The notes: generated from the sequence alone by a model not told the origin. 64,000 nt of DNA from an uncultured Oscillospiraceae bacterium (GCA_963560135.1 CAUWNA010000040.1:9734-73733), one strand, 5' to 3'; positions 18,343 through 27,589 are shown, counted from the stretch's first letter. Program-made: numbers and translations.

Positions 18343-18489
18343 ATGTGTAACAACAACAATGGTCTGTGCGGCTGCTTCGGTGGTAACAACTGGTGGATCA
18401 TCCTGCTGATCCTGCTGTGCTGCTGCGGCAACGGCGGTGGCTGCGGTGGCGGCTGCTACAATAACGACAACAACTGCGGCTGCTGCTAA
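18343..18489 (+). CDS. 48-aa Cys/Gly/Asn-rich single-TM micropeptide
   Basis: Own translation: MCNNNNGLCGCFGGNNWWIILLILLCCCGNGGGCGGGCYNNDNNCGCC. GGAGG RBS lies 7 nt upstream of the ATG, and a strong terminator follows directly. Absent from the ORF track because it is under 60 aa. Confidence 0.65.
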   Translation: MCNNNNGLCGCFGGNNWWIILLILLCCCGNGGGCGGGCYNNDNNCGCC

Positions 18490-18510
18490 CGGCCCGCTTA
18501 CAAAAGATTC

Positions 18511-18547
18511 GCCCGGATGGCAGTGCCATCCGGGCATTTCTTATTCT
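18511..18547. terminator. Bidirectional terminator (micropeptide / dapH)
   Basis: Perfect hairpin gcccggatggca-g-tgccatccgggc followed by ATTTCTTATT. The complement also has a U-rich tail. Confidence 0.75.
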
Positions 18548-18577
18548 CGTTTCAGACGAAGCGGCACGTCCAGCGAA

Positions 18578-19270
18578 TCAAAGCTGGCGCAGCGCCTCCA
18601 CCAGGGCGGTTTTTCCGGCGGTTTTTTCGTCCTTGCGCTTGATGACCCGGGCGGGGCAGCCAGCGACCACCGTCTCCGGCTCCACATCCTCCACCACCAC
18701 GGCTCCGGCAGCCACCACGGCTCCGTGGCCGATGCGGCAGCCCTCAATCACCACAGCGTTGGCTCCGATGAGCACGTCGTCCTCCACCACCACCGGGGTA
18801 GCGGAGGCAGGCTCGATCACGCCCGCCAGCACGGCACCGGCGCCCACATGGCAGTTGCGGCCCACCGTGGCCCGGCCGCCCAGGATGGCCCCCATGTCGA
18901 TCATGGTGCCCTCGCCAATGACAGCACCAATGTTGATCACGGCACCCATCATAATTACGGCATTTTTTCCAATCTCCACCTGCTCCCGGATGATGGCACC
19001 CGGCTCGATGCGGGCGGGGATGTCCTTCATATCCAGCATGGGAATGGCGGAGTTGCGGCAGTTGTTCTCCACCTCCACGTGGTCAAACTCTGCCACAGTC
19101 AGCACCGGCTGGATGTCCTTCCAATCGCCGAAGACGATTTTGCAGCCGGGACCGGCGGGGAATTCCCGGCAGTTGGGGAAGGCCACCGGGGTCTTTTCCC
19201 AAACATAGAGCTTCACCGGAGTCTTTTTCTCCGAGGTGCGGATATATTCAATGATCTGCTGTGCGTCCAT
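18578..19270 (-). CDS. dapH: 2,3,4,5-tetrahydropyridine-2,6-dicarboxylate N-acetyltransferase
   Basis: 230 aa. DapH-type N-terminal domain plus hexapeptide repeats ([29 protein letters not shown]). Confidence 0.88.
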   Translation of the reverse strand: MDAQQIIEYIRTSEKKTPVKLYVWEKTPVAFPNCREFPAGPGCKIVFGDWKDIQPVLTVAEFDHVEVENNCRNSAIPMLDMKDIPARIEPGAIIREQVEIGKNAVIMMGAVINIGAVIGEGTMIDMGAILGGRATVGRNCHVGAGAVLAGVIEPASATPVVVEDDVLIGANAVVIEGCRIGHGAVVAAGAVVVEDVEPETVVAGCPARVIKRKDEKTAGKTALVEALRQL

Positions 19271-19415
19271 AATGCTCCTTTACCGGAGGCAGCCGCCTCC
19301 TGCCCCCCTTTTCCAGGCGGGGGCATTCCTGGATTCTGTATGCCCGAATGCTTGGCCCAAGGCCAGCCTTCGGGTTTGATGTTACCATCTTTTTTCCAAA
19401 AACGCAAGAGAGAAA

Positions 19416-19444
19416 TTGACACCGCTGGGCAAGCAGGATATAAT
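19416..19444 (+). promoter_or_regulatory. Consensus sigma-A promoter
   Basis: TTGACA, exactly 17 nt, TATAAT. It sits about 30 nt upstream of the AGGAGG RBS of the deacetylase gene. Confidence 0.7.
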
Positions 19445-19476
19445 AATAGCAACTTTTCTACAAGGAGGCGTTGCCT

Positions 19477-20565
19477 GTGGAAATCCAGGAACACCGCCGG
19501 GCGCTCCACCGGATTCCGGAGCTGGACAGAGACCTTCCCCAGACCTTTGCCTATCTGCAAACGGCCCTATCCGGCTTTCGCTGCCAGGTATTTTCCCCGG
19601 TGGCGGGGAGCCTGTGCGCCTGGTTCGACTTTGGGCAGGACCACGCCCTGGCCTTCCGGGCGGATGCAGATGCGCTGCCGATTTTGGAGAAAACCGGCGC
19701 TGCCTATGCCTCCTGCCACCGTGGGAATATGCACGCCTGCGGCCACGACGGCCACATGGCCATTGTGCTGGAGCTGGCCCGCCGTCTGGACCAAATGACC
19801 GCACTTCCCCACAATGTGCTGCTGGTGTTTCAAAGTGCTGAGGAAACCACCGGCGGCGCCCGATATATCTGTGAAAGCGGCGTGTTTCAGGAATACGCCG
19901 TCCGGGCCATTTTCGGCCTGCACCTGTGGCCCGGGCTGGAAGCCGGGGTGATTGCCAGCCGCTGCCCGGAGCTGATGGCCCGGTCCTGTGAGGTGAATGT
20001 GGACATCTACGGCACTTCGGCCCACATTGCCAAGGCCAGCCAGGGGGTGGATGCCCTGGCCGCCGGGGCGGAATTTTACCGCCGTGCCGCAGAGCTGGAA
20101 CAGAGCCTGCCTGACGGGGTGTTCCGGCTGCTGAAATTCGGAAAATTCCAAAGCGGCACCGTCCGCAACGCCCTGTCCGCCCACACCCATCTGGAAGGCT
20201 CCCTGCGGGCTTTCCAGGATTCGGTTTTTGACGGCCTGTGCCAGGGGCTGGATGTCATCGCCCGGGAGACGGAGAAAGCCTATGGCTGCCGGGTGGAGAT
20301 CCACCGCAACGAGGGCTATCCTGCGGTGATGAACCCGGAGGGGCTGTACCGTCAGGTGCTGGCGGCGCTTCCCTTCCGGCAGCTGGAACTGCCCAGCATG
20401 ACCGCCGAGGACTTTTCCTGGTACCAGAAAACCCTCCCCGGCCTGTTCTTCTTCCTGGGGCTGGGGGATGTGCCCGCCCTGCACACCGACACCTTTGACT
20501 TTGACGACGCTATTTTGACGAAAGGCGCTGATTTCTTCGAGAAATTGGCAAATCTGCCCCTATGA
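19477..20565 (+). CDS. M20D amidohydrolase, probable N-acetyldiaminopimelate deacetylase
   Basis: HRIPELD and MHACGHDGH metal motifs. GTG at 19477 (8 nt after AGGAGG) is preferred over TTG at 19471. Genomic context is dapH and an aminotransferase. Confidence 0.8.
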   Translation: MEIQEHRRALHRIPELDRDLPQTFAYLQTALSGFRCQVFSPVAGSLCAWFDFGQDHALAFRADADALPILEKTGAAYASCHRGNMHACGHDGHMAIVLELARRLDQMTALPHNVLLVFQSAEETTGGARYICESGVFQEYAVRAIFGLHLWPGLEAGVIASRCPELMARSCEVNVDIYGTSAHIAKASQGVDALAAGAEFYRRAAELEQSLPDGVFRLLKFGKFQSGTVRNALSAHTHLEGSLRAFQDSVFDGLCQGLDVIARETEKAYGCRVEIHRNEGYPAVMNPEGLYRQVLAALPFRQLELPSMTAEDFSWYQKTLPGLFFFLGLGDVPALHTDTFDFDDAILTKGADFFEKLANLPL

Positions 20566-21704
20566 TTCCACTAAACCGCAATCTTTCTACCCTCCGGCGC
20601 AGCCCCATCCGGGTGTTTACCAACCTGGCCAGACAGACACCGGGGTGCGTGATGTTCACCATCGGCGAGCCGGAGTTCGACACCCCTGCCCCCATCCGAC
20701 AGGCCGCGGCTGCCGCCCTGGAAGCCGGGCGCACCCACTATGCCCCCAACCAGGGCACCCAGGCGCTGTGCCAGGCCATCGCCCAGGCGGAAACCCGCCG
20801 GGGCTGCCCCACGGAGCCGGAGCAGGTTCTGGTGACGGTGGGGGCCTGTCAGGCCCTGTTCACCGCCCTGCTGGGGATCCTGAATCCCGGGGACGAGGTA
20901 GTGCTGCCCAGCCCCTGCTTTGGGCTGTACGAAACCATCGTCACCATTGCCGGCGGCGTGGTGCGGCGGCTGGATTTGACGAAAACCGATTTCCAAATCA
21001 CCCCCCAGGCGCTGGAAGCCGTTCTCAGCGAGAAAACCAAGGCCATCATCCTCAATTCCCCCGGCAACCCCACCGGCGTGGTGCTGAACCGGGAGAGTCT
21101 GGCGGCGGTGAAGTCCGCCATTTTGGGAAAGCCGATTTTCCTGATTTGCGACAATGTCTATGAAAAGCTGTGCTATGCCGGCGAGCTTCCCGACCTGAGT
21201 CTGGATAAGCAGCTGCGGCCTCAGCTGATTTTGTGCCAGAGCTTTTCCAAGCCCTATGCCATGACCGGCTGGCGGGTGGGGTATCTGACCTGTCCGAAAT
21301 ACGTGATGGACCGGCTGCTGCTGCTCAGCGCCGCCATGATCACCGCCGTGCCCACCTTCGTCCAGGATGCCGCCGTGGCGGCGCTGGATACGGACCCGGC
21401 CCCTATGGTGGAAGCCTACCGGCAGCGGCGGGATTATATTTGCAGCCGCTTGACCCGGATGGGGCTGACCTTTCCCAAGCCAGAGGGGGCGTTTTACGTC
21501 TTCCCGGACATCTCCCGCTATGGCCTGGACAGCGCCGACTTCTGTACCCGGATGATTCAGGAGGCCGCCGTGGCGGCGGTTCCGGGCAGCTGCTTCGGCA
21601 GCGAGGGCTATATCCGCCTGTCCTACTGCTGCTCCCAGCAGGAGCTGGAACTGGGGCTGGACCGGATGGAAAGCTTCCTGAAAAAATTGGAGGGCAACCC
21701 ATGA
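20562..21704 (+). CDS. Class I/II PLP aminotransferase (probable N-acetyl-LL-DAP aminotransferase)
   Basis: 380 aa. SFSKPYAMTGWRVGY lysine motif and NPGNPTG. 4 nt overlap with the deacetylase gene. Confidence 0.8.
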   Translation: MIPLNRNLSTLRRSPIRVFTNLARQTPGCVMFTIGEPEFDTPAPIRQAAAAALEAGRTHYAPNQGTQALCQAIAQAETRRGCPTEPEQVLVTVGACQALFTALLGILNPGDEVVLPSPCFGLYETIVTIAGGVVRRLDLTKTDFQITPQALEAVLSEKTKAIILNSPGNPTGVVLNRESLAAVKSAILGKPIFLICDNVYEKLCYAGELPDLSLDKQLRPQLILCQSFSKPYAMTGWRVGYLTCPKYVMDRLLLLSAAMITAVPTFVQDAAVAALDTDPAPMVEAYRQRRDYICSRLTRMGLTFPKPEGAFYVFPDISRYGLDSADFCTRMIQEAAVAAVPGSCFGSEGYIRLSYCCSQQELELGLDRMESFLKKLEGNP

Positions 21705-22690
21705 AAAAGAAAATTCTGCTGCTGACCACCGGCGGCACCATCGCCTGCGTTCCCGGCGGAGAGGGGCTGGAGCCTCACCACGCCCAGGTGATGGAGCGGG
21801 AGCTTCTGCAGCTGCGTACCTATTATGACATTTCCGTGCAGGATGTGATGTGCCTGGACTCGTCCAACATCCAGCCCCAGCAGTGGCAGCGCATCGCCCA
21901 GAGCGTGTTTGAAAACCGGGCCGGATTTGACGGCATTGTGATTTCCCACGGCACCGACACCATGGCCTATACCGCTTCGGCGGTGAGCTTCATGCTGCCG
22001 GACATTGACCTGCCGGTGGTGTTCACCGGCTCTCAGCTGCCGCTGTCGGACATGCTCTCCGACGGGCCGGACAATCTGCGCACTGCCTTTGCCATGGCCG
22101 CTTCCGGCCATCCTGGCGTATTTTTGGCCTTTGACCGAAAGGTAATGCTGGGCTGCCGGGCGGTGAAGGTCCGGGCCTCCGGCTTCTCCGCTTTTGAAAG
22201 CGTGAATGCTCGCTACGCCGCCCGGGTAAGCAACCTGGGACTGGTGGTGGACCGGGATGTTCTGCCTGTGCCCACCGGCCCTGCACGGCTGTGCACCGCC
22301 ATCAGCCAGGAGGTATTCCTGCTGAAGCTGACACCGGGCTTAAATCCCGCCATTTTTGACGTGCTGGCGGCTATGGGCTACAAGGGCATTGTGGTGGAGG
22401 CGTTCGGCCTTGGCGGCATGAATGTGCTCAACCGTGGCCTGCGGGGCATCCGCCGCTGCATCGAAGACGGGGTCAGCGTGGTGGTCACCACCCAGTGCCT
22501 GTACGACAGCGCCAATCTGGAAGTTTACCAGGTGGGCAGCCGCCTGCTGGAACTGGGAGTCATCCAGGGCCGGGACATGACCAGCGAAGCCGCCATGACC
22601 AAGCTCATGTGGGCCTTGGGCCAGGGCCTGGATCAAAGCCGCATCGCCGCCCTGTTCCGAAAAAGCCTGGCCGGGGAGATCACACCCTGA
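21701..22690 (+). CDS. ansA: Type I L-asparaginase
   Basis: LLTTGGTIA and HGTDTMAYTA catalytic motifs. ATGA start/stop overlap with the aminotransferase gene. Confidence 0.88.
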   Translation: MKKKILLLTTGGTIACVPGGEGLEPHHAQVMERELLQLRTYYDISVQDVMCLDSSNIQPQQWQRIAQSVFENRAGFDGIVISHGTDTMAYTASAVSFMLPDIDLPVVFTGSQLPLSDMLSDGPDNLRTAFAMAASGHPGVFLAFDRKVMLGCRAVKVRASGFSAFESVNARYAARVSNLGLVVDRDVLPVPTGPARLCTAISQEVFLLKLTPGLNPAIFDVLAAMGYKGIVVEAFGLGGMNVLNRGLRGIRRCIEDGVSVVVTTQCLYDSANLEVYQVGSRLLELGVIQGRDMTSEAAMTKLMWALGQGLDQSRIAALFRKSLAGEITP

Positions 22691-22699
22691 GATCTTCGG

Positions 22700-23140
22700 C
22701 TTCTCCCTGGGGAGAAGCTGGCAAAAATCTTTGATTTTTGACTGATGAGGGGTGGTAATGTCGGATTTTTTAGCGCCGGTGGTAGCTTTCACGCTGCGCC
22801 CCTCATCCGTCACAGCTTCGCCGTGCCACCTTCCCCCGAGGGGGAAGGCTTTGGTGCGGCAGTACTCGGTAGGTGCAGAGGTAAACTCACGTGGTCGGCG
22901 GGGGCAGCCAGCGCCCTACGAAAGGGTTACATTTCCTCAGTTCAAACAATTGAGCCGTAACGAACCGGGTGACTCCCAATGGTGGTGGTCTACCACCAGG
23001 GTAGCAGACTCGTAACTGCCAGCGGCGGCACGCTGCCCCTTTTGTCCCAAACTATTGAGCCGCATCGAACCGGGTGACCCCCAAAGGTGGTGGTCTATTG
23101 CCAGGGTAACAGGCTCGCATTGACTGCGGCGGCACGCCGC
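22700..23140 (+). repeat. Repeat locus R2 (two core copies, 22949-23036 and 23054-23140)
   Basis: Shares these modules with R1, R3 and R4: cttctccctggggagaag, cctcatccgtc...gccaccttcccccgagggggaagg, ggtcggcgggggcagccagcgccctacgaaa, and attgagccgtaacgaaccgggtgac...agcggcggcacgc. Confidence 0.85.
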
Positions 23141-23160
23141 TTATTATGGAGGTGTATTTT

Positions 23161-24774
23161 ATGGATCATATTTATGTCACCGGGCATCGCAACCCGGATA
23201 CGGACTCTATTGTAGCCGCCATTGCCTACACGGCACTGCGCAATGCCTGCGGCGATCGGGAGTACCAGGCGGCTTGTCTGGGCCGGGTTTCGGACGAAAC
23301 CCATATCGTGCTGGACCGGTTCGGATTCCAGCCCCCGATGCGGATTACGGACCTGTATAACCAGGTCCGAGATTTGGACTTCGACACGCCCCCGGTGCTC
23401 AATGCCGGTGTCACCATCAGCCGGGCCTGGGATGAGCTGGAAGCCTACCCCGGCATCACCGCCGTCCCCGTTGCCAAGGAGGACGGCACCCTGTACGGCA
23501 TTCTCTCCCGGACGGATATCGCCAGCTATAACATGTCCGGCATTTCTTCCGGCGTTTTGGAGGAAGTGCCGCTGTTCAACCTGCTGTCGGTGCTGGAGGG
23601 AAAGCTCCTCAACGAGGCCGGTGAAAGCACCGACACCGTAGCCGGTGAAGTCATCATCGCCCTGCCCCAAAGCCGGGAGAACCTGCTGTTCCAGGACAGC
23701 CACAGCATCGTCCTGTGCGGCCACCAGCCGGATATGATCCGCCGTGCTTTGGAGCTGAATGTCAGCTGCCTGGTGCTGTGCCAGGCGGAGCTTCCCGCCG
23801 AGCTGCGAAGCTTCCCCACCAGCACCTGCATCATTTCCACCCCCTTTGATGCTTACCGGGCTGCCCGGCTGATTTTCCTGTCCACCCCGGTGGGCCGGAT
23901 CTGCAACACCGACGGGGCCGTCTGCTTCCATTTGGACGACCGGGTGGACGACGTGCGGGAGACGGTGCTGAAACACCGCCACCCCAGCTACCCCATTTTG
24001 GACCAGCAGGAAAAAGTGGTGGGCATTCTCACCCGCTACCATCTGCTCCGCCCCCGGCGCAAGCGGGTGGTGCTGGTGGACCACAACGAAGCATCCCAGT
24101 CCGTGCCCGGCCTGGACGAGGCGGAGATCCTGGAAATCATCGACCACCACCGCCTGGCGGATATCCAGACCAACAACCCCATTTACGTCCGCAACGAGCC
24201 GGTGGGTTCCACCAATACCATCATCGCCAGCATGTTCCAGGACCGGGGCCTGATGCCCTCGGCAGCGCTGGCAGGCATGATGGCGGCGGCAATTTTGTCG
24301 GACACCGTTATGTTCAAATCCCCCACCTGCACCCCCCGGGATATCCGCACCGCCGAGCGGATGGCGAGAATCGCCAACGTGTCCTTGGACGAGCTGGGCA
24401 AGGAAATTTTCTCCGCCAGTGTTGGCAACAAAAGCGCAGAGGAAATTCTGTTCACCGACTACAAGGAATTCCACATTGCCGGACACTCTCTGGCTGTGGC
24501 GCAGCTGACCTGCGTGGACAGCCCCAGCCTGCTGAACCGCCGGGAGGAGTTCCTCTCCCTGATGCGCAACCACGCCCAAAAGAAGGGGCTGGATCTGGTG
24601 GTGATGATGCTCACCGATGTGCTGCTGGAAGGCACCCAAATTCTCTATGTAGGCGAAGACGATACCATTCGTCAGGCCTTCGGCGTGGTGCCCAAGGACC
24701 ACACCGCCTTCCTGCCCAAGGTCATGAGCCGGAAGAAGCAGGTCATTCCTATGCTGTCGGATTTGTGGGGCTGA
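23161..24774 (+). CDS. ppaC: Family II (DHH) manganese-dependent inorganic pyrophosphatase with CBS/DRTGG insertion
   Basis: HRNPDTDS, VDHNE and DHHR DHH motifs, a CBS pair after the first about 60 aa, and a DHHA2 C-terminus. ATG at 23161 is 8 nt after GGAGG. Confidence 0.88.
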   Translation: MDHIYVTGHRNPDTDSIVAAIAYTALRNACGDREYQAACLGRVSDETHIVLDRFGFQPPMRITDLYNQVRDLDFDTPPVLNAGVTISRAWDELEAYPGITAVPVAKEDGTLYGILSRTDIASYNMSGISSGVLEEVPLFNLLSVLEGKLLNEAGESTDTVAGEVIIALPQSRENLLFQDSHSIVLCGHQPDMIRRALELNVSCLVLCQAELPAELRSFPTSTCIISTPFDAYRAARLIFLSTPVGRICNTDGAVCFHLDDRVDDVRETVLKHRHPSYPILDQQEKVVGILTRYHLLRPRRKRVVLVDHNEASQSVPGLDEAEILEIIDHHRLADIQTNNPIYVRNEPVGSTNTIIASMFQDRGLMPSAALAGMMAAAILSDTVMFKSPTCTPRDIRTAERMARIANVSLDELGKEIFSASVGNKSAEEILFTDYKEFHIAGHSLAVAQLTCVDSPSLLNRREEFLSLMRNHAQKKGLDLVVMMLTDVLLEGTQILYVGEDDTIRQAFGVVPKDHTAFLPKVMSRKKQVIPMLSDLWG

Positions 24775-24855
24775 TGCCGCCGATTTGGGCAATTCCTGTT
24801 TTACTTTTTCTGCGACCTGTGGTATACTTGTATTTTCACGGAAAGGATGGAAGCC

Positions 24856-25806
24856 ATGGCTTTTGAAACCCTGCTGGGCAATGACCGGCTGAAACAGAAT
24901 CTGGCCAGAAGCCTGGAAAAGGGACACATTTCCCATTTCTACCTGATCAGCGGGCCGGAAGGCTCCGGCAAGCACACCCTGGCCCGACTGCTGGCTGCCG
25001 CCATCTTGTGCCAAGGGCAGGATCGCCCCTGCCTGCACTGCCATCCCTGCCGAAAAGTGCTGGAGGACAGCCACCCGGATTTCATCACCGTGGACGACCC
25101 GGAGAAGAAAACCGTGCCGGTGGAGCTGATTCGCCAGGCCCGGGCGGATATCTACATCCAGCCCAATGAATCCGAGCACAAAATCTACCTCTTTCCCCGT
25201 GCCCAGGACATGGGCATTCCAGGGCAGAACGCCCTGCTGAAAGTGCTGGAGGAACCACCCAAATACGGTGTGTTTCTCCTGCTCACAGACAATCCCGACA
25301 AAATTCTCCCCACAGTCCGCTCCCGGTGTACAGAGCTTGCCATGCAGGCGCTGCCGCCGGAGGTTTTGAAGGCCCAGCTTCGCAAGGATTTCCCCCAGGC
25401 TCAGCCGGAGGACATCGCCGCAGCCATGGGCCGCAGCGGCGGCTTTTTGGGGCAGGCCCGGCAGCTGCTGGAGCAGGAGGGGCAGGACCCTCAGACGGAG
25501 CTGTTTGCCCAGGCCCTTGCCCGGCGGGATGCCCTGGCACTGCTGCAAGTGCTGGTGCCCATGGAGAAATGGAAGCGGGATGCCCTGGCCCAGACCCTGA
25601 CCCAGTGGCTTCAGCTTGTAGAAGCGGCCCTGGTCAGCCGCAGCGGTGTCCAGGCCATCTCTCCCCAGGCCCGCCAGCTGGCCCAGGTCTGCCCAGTCCA
25701 GCAGCTTTACAACGCCGTCCAGTGCCTGAAAAAGGCCCTGGATTACACCCAGCGCAACGTCTCCCCAGCAGCCGTCTGCGGCTGGCTGGAATGGGAGCTG
25801 CGGTGA
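24856..25806 (+). CDS. holB: DNA polymerase III subunit delta prime
   Basis: GPEGSGKHTLA P-loop, CLHCHPC zinc module, LLKVLEEPP and SRC motifs. ATG at 24856 is preferred over 24847 on RBS spacing. Confidence 0.88.
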   Translation: MAFETLLGNDRLKQNLARSLEKGHISHFYLISGPEGSGKHTLARLLAAAILCQGQDRPCLHCHPCRKVLEDSHPDFITVDDPEKKTVPVELIRQARADIYIQPNESEHKIYLFPRAQDMGIPGQNALLKVLEEPPKYGVFLLLTDNPDKILPTVRSRCTELAMQALPPEVLKAQLRKDFPQAQPEDIAAAMGRSGGFLGQARQLLEQEGQDPQTELFAQALARRDALALLQVLVPMEKWKRDALAQTLTQWLQLVEAALVSRSGVQAISPQARQLAQVCPVQQLYNAVQCLKKALDYTQRNVSPAAVCGWLEWELR

Positions 25807-25859
25807 TGTACAGTTGCCAAGTGAGGTGCAGTGGAAGTGGGTAGGTACTATGGTGGACG

Positions 25860-26263
25860 ATAGCGGGCGCATTCCTCATCCGTCTCGCCTGCGGCGAGCC
25901 ACCTCCCCCCCGGGGGAAGGATTTTGGGGTGTTCCTGCCGTGGGAGTGCTGTGGCAGAACCCACCTGGTCGGCGGGGGCAGCCAGCGCCCTACGAAAAGC
26001 ATGCCCCTTTTGCACAGATTACTGAGCCGTAACGAACCGGGTGACCCCCAGCGGTGGTGGTCTACCGCCAGGGTAACAGGCTCGTATTGTCGGCGGCCAC
26101 CGGCCGCCCGCCCTTGCCTCTCCCTTTGGGAGAGGTGCCCAGTGCGCACACTGGGCGGAGAGGGCCTTTCCAGCCACTACCCTGTAACGAACCGGGTGAC
26201 CCCCAATGGCGTGGGTTTATCGCCAGCGTATCAAACTCGAAATGTCAGCGGCCACTGGCCGCC
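25860..26263 (+). repeat. Repeat locus R3 (two core copies, 26018-26108 and 26184-26263)
   Basis: Same ordered modules as R2 and R4, including cctctccctttgggagagg (26117-26135) and gcccagtgcgcacactgggc. It ends 10 nt before the ricT RBS. Confidence 0.85.
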
Positions 26264-26287
26264 TTATATAGGATAAGGAGTAACAAC

Positions 26288-27481
26288 ATGGAAGAAACAG
26301 TCGCTTCTCCCCAGCAGGATGTGGAGGTCGTAGACATCCAGTTCCGCCCGGGACAGAAGGTGTATTATTTTGACCCCGCCGGACTTCAGCTGTCCGCCGG
26401 GGACCACGTGATTATGGATACCGCCCGTGGTGCCGAGTTTGGCATCTGCACCAGCGGAAACCACAGGATTCCCCCTAAGGACGTGGTGGCTCCCCTGCGC
26501 CGTGTCCTGCGGAAAACCACCCCCCAGGACGAGCGGATCGTGGCAGACAACCGGGCCAAGGAAAAACGGGCCTATGAGGTCTGCCTGCAAAAAATCGCCG
26601 ACCACAAGCTGGATATGCAGCTGGTTTCGGCAGAGGTTGCCTTTGACGGCAGCAAGATCCTGTTCTATTTCACCGCCGACGAGCGGGTGGACTTCCGGGA
26701 GCTGGTGAAAAATCTGGCTTCTGTGTTCCATACCCGCATCGAGCTGCGGCAGATCGGCGTCCGGGACAAGGCCAAAATGGTGGGCGGTCTGGGCATTTGC
26801 GGCCGGCCCTTCTGCTGCGCCAGCTTCCTGGATGATTTCCAGCCGGTGTCCATCAAAATGGCCAAAACCCAGAACCTGAGCCTGAACCCCACCAAAATCT
26901 CCGGCACCTGCGGGCGGCTGATGTGCTGCCTGAAATACGAGCAGGAGGCCTACGAGGACCTGCTGCGCACCAGTCCCAAGCCGGATTCCTTCGTGGATAC
27001 TCCCGAAGGCCGGGGCACCGTGGTGGAAGTGGACCTGCTGCGGCAGCGGGTGAAGGTGCGGCTGGAGGATTCTCCCGAAACCCTCTCCCTGTTTGCCAAT
27101 GCAGACATCGCCGTGCTGCGCAGCGGCAAGGCCCGGAAGAACGATCCCCCCATCCCGGCAGACCTGGCCCCCATCTCCGGCAGCGGCAAGCGCCCCCGCC
27201 CGGCAGAGCCCCAGGAGCAGCAGCCCGTGCTGGAGCCGATTCGCTTCCGATACAGCACCGAGTCCGTGGTGGAAGAGCCGGAGGAAAAGACCAAGCCTGC
27301 CCAGGCTGAGCACCGCCGCTCCCGCCGCCGCAGACAGGAGGCCCCCAAGCCCCAGGAAGCACAGCCTGAGAAACCGGAAAAGCCCCATACGGAGGGCAGC
27401 GGGAAACCCCGCCGCCGGCCCAATAACCGTCGCCGCCGCCCCAGCAAGCCCAACACCCCATCGGAAGGCGGCAATTCGTAA
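26288..27481 (+). CDS. ricT: PSP1-domain protein RicT (YaaT) with a long Pro/Arg/Glu-rich C-terminal tail
   Basis: PSP1 core (FYFTADERVDFRELVKNLASVFHTRIELRQIG, CGRPFCCASFL, CGRLMCCLKYE). AAGGAG RBS. The last approximately 115 aa are low complexity. Confidence 0.88.
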   Translation: MEETVASPQQDVEVVDIQFRPGQKVYYFDPAGLQLSAGDHVIMDTARGAEFGICTSGNHRIPPKDVVAPLRRVLRKTTPQDERIVADNRAKEKRAYEVCLQKIADHKLDMQLVSAEVAFDGSKILFYFTADERVDFRELVKNLASVFHTRIELRQIGVRDKAKMVGGLGICGRPFCCASFLDDFQPVSIKMAKTQNLSLNPTKISGTCGRLMCCLKYEQEAYEDLLRTSPKPDSFVDTPEGRGTVVEVDLLRQRVKVRLEDSPETLSLFANADIAVLRSGKARKNDPPIPADLAPISGSGKRPRPAEPQEQQPVLEPIRFRYSTESVVEEPEEKTKPAQAEHRRSRRRRQEAPKPQEAQPEKPEKPHTEGSGKPRRRPNNRRRRPSKPNTPSEGGNS

Positions 27482-27589
27482 CATTTCGGCCCTGTCGGCG
27501 CTCTGCCCGACGGGGCCGGTGATTTGTACGCATAGCTTCCAATTTTTTCCTCCCGGCCTCTGCCGGTGCTGCATCACAAAGGAGACTCC

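Noticed and set aside
19271-19476. Lysine riboswitch (L-box) expected in the dapH / deacetylase divergent region.
   Set aside because: Neither strand shows the conserved L-box elements or the roughly 180 nt five-helix layout. Only short GC hairpins and a consensus promoter are present. This should still be confirmed with cmscan.
23095-25872. Very long ORFs on the strand opposite well-supported genes: 23095..25872 (925 aa), 38389..41010 (873 aa), 44696..47065 (789 aa), 5626..7596 (656 aa), 2382..4004 (540 aa), 32518..34140, 48371..49915, 43302..44909 and 53243..54664.
   Set aside because: They are antisense to genes with unmistakable family motifs (ppaC/holB, infB, glgD/glgC, rnfD/rnfC and others). 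Their translations are low-complexity Gly/Ala/His/Gln/Leu/Val strings with no motifs or RBS. Stop-poor antisense frames are expected at this GC content.
22700-26263. Possibility that the repeated blocks are CRISPR arrays.
   Set aside because: The repeats are not identical, not regularly spaced, and of heterogeneous length (20-90 nt). They are ordered as different modules rather than one repeat alternating with unique spacers. There are no cas genes in the window.
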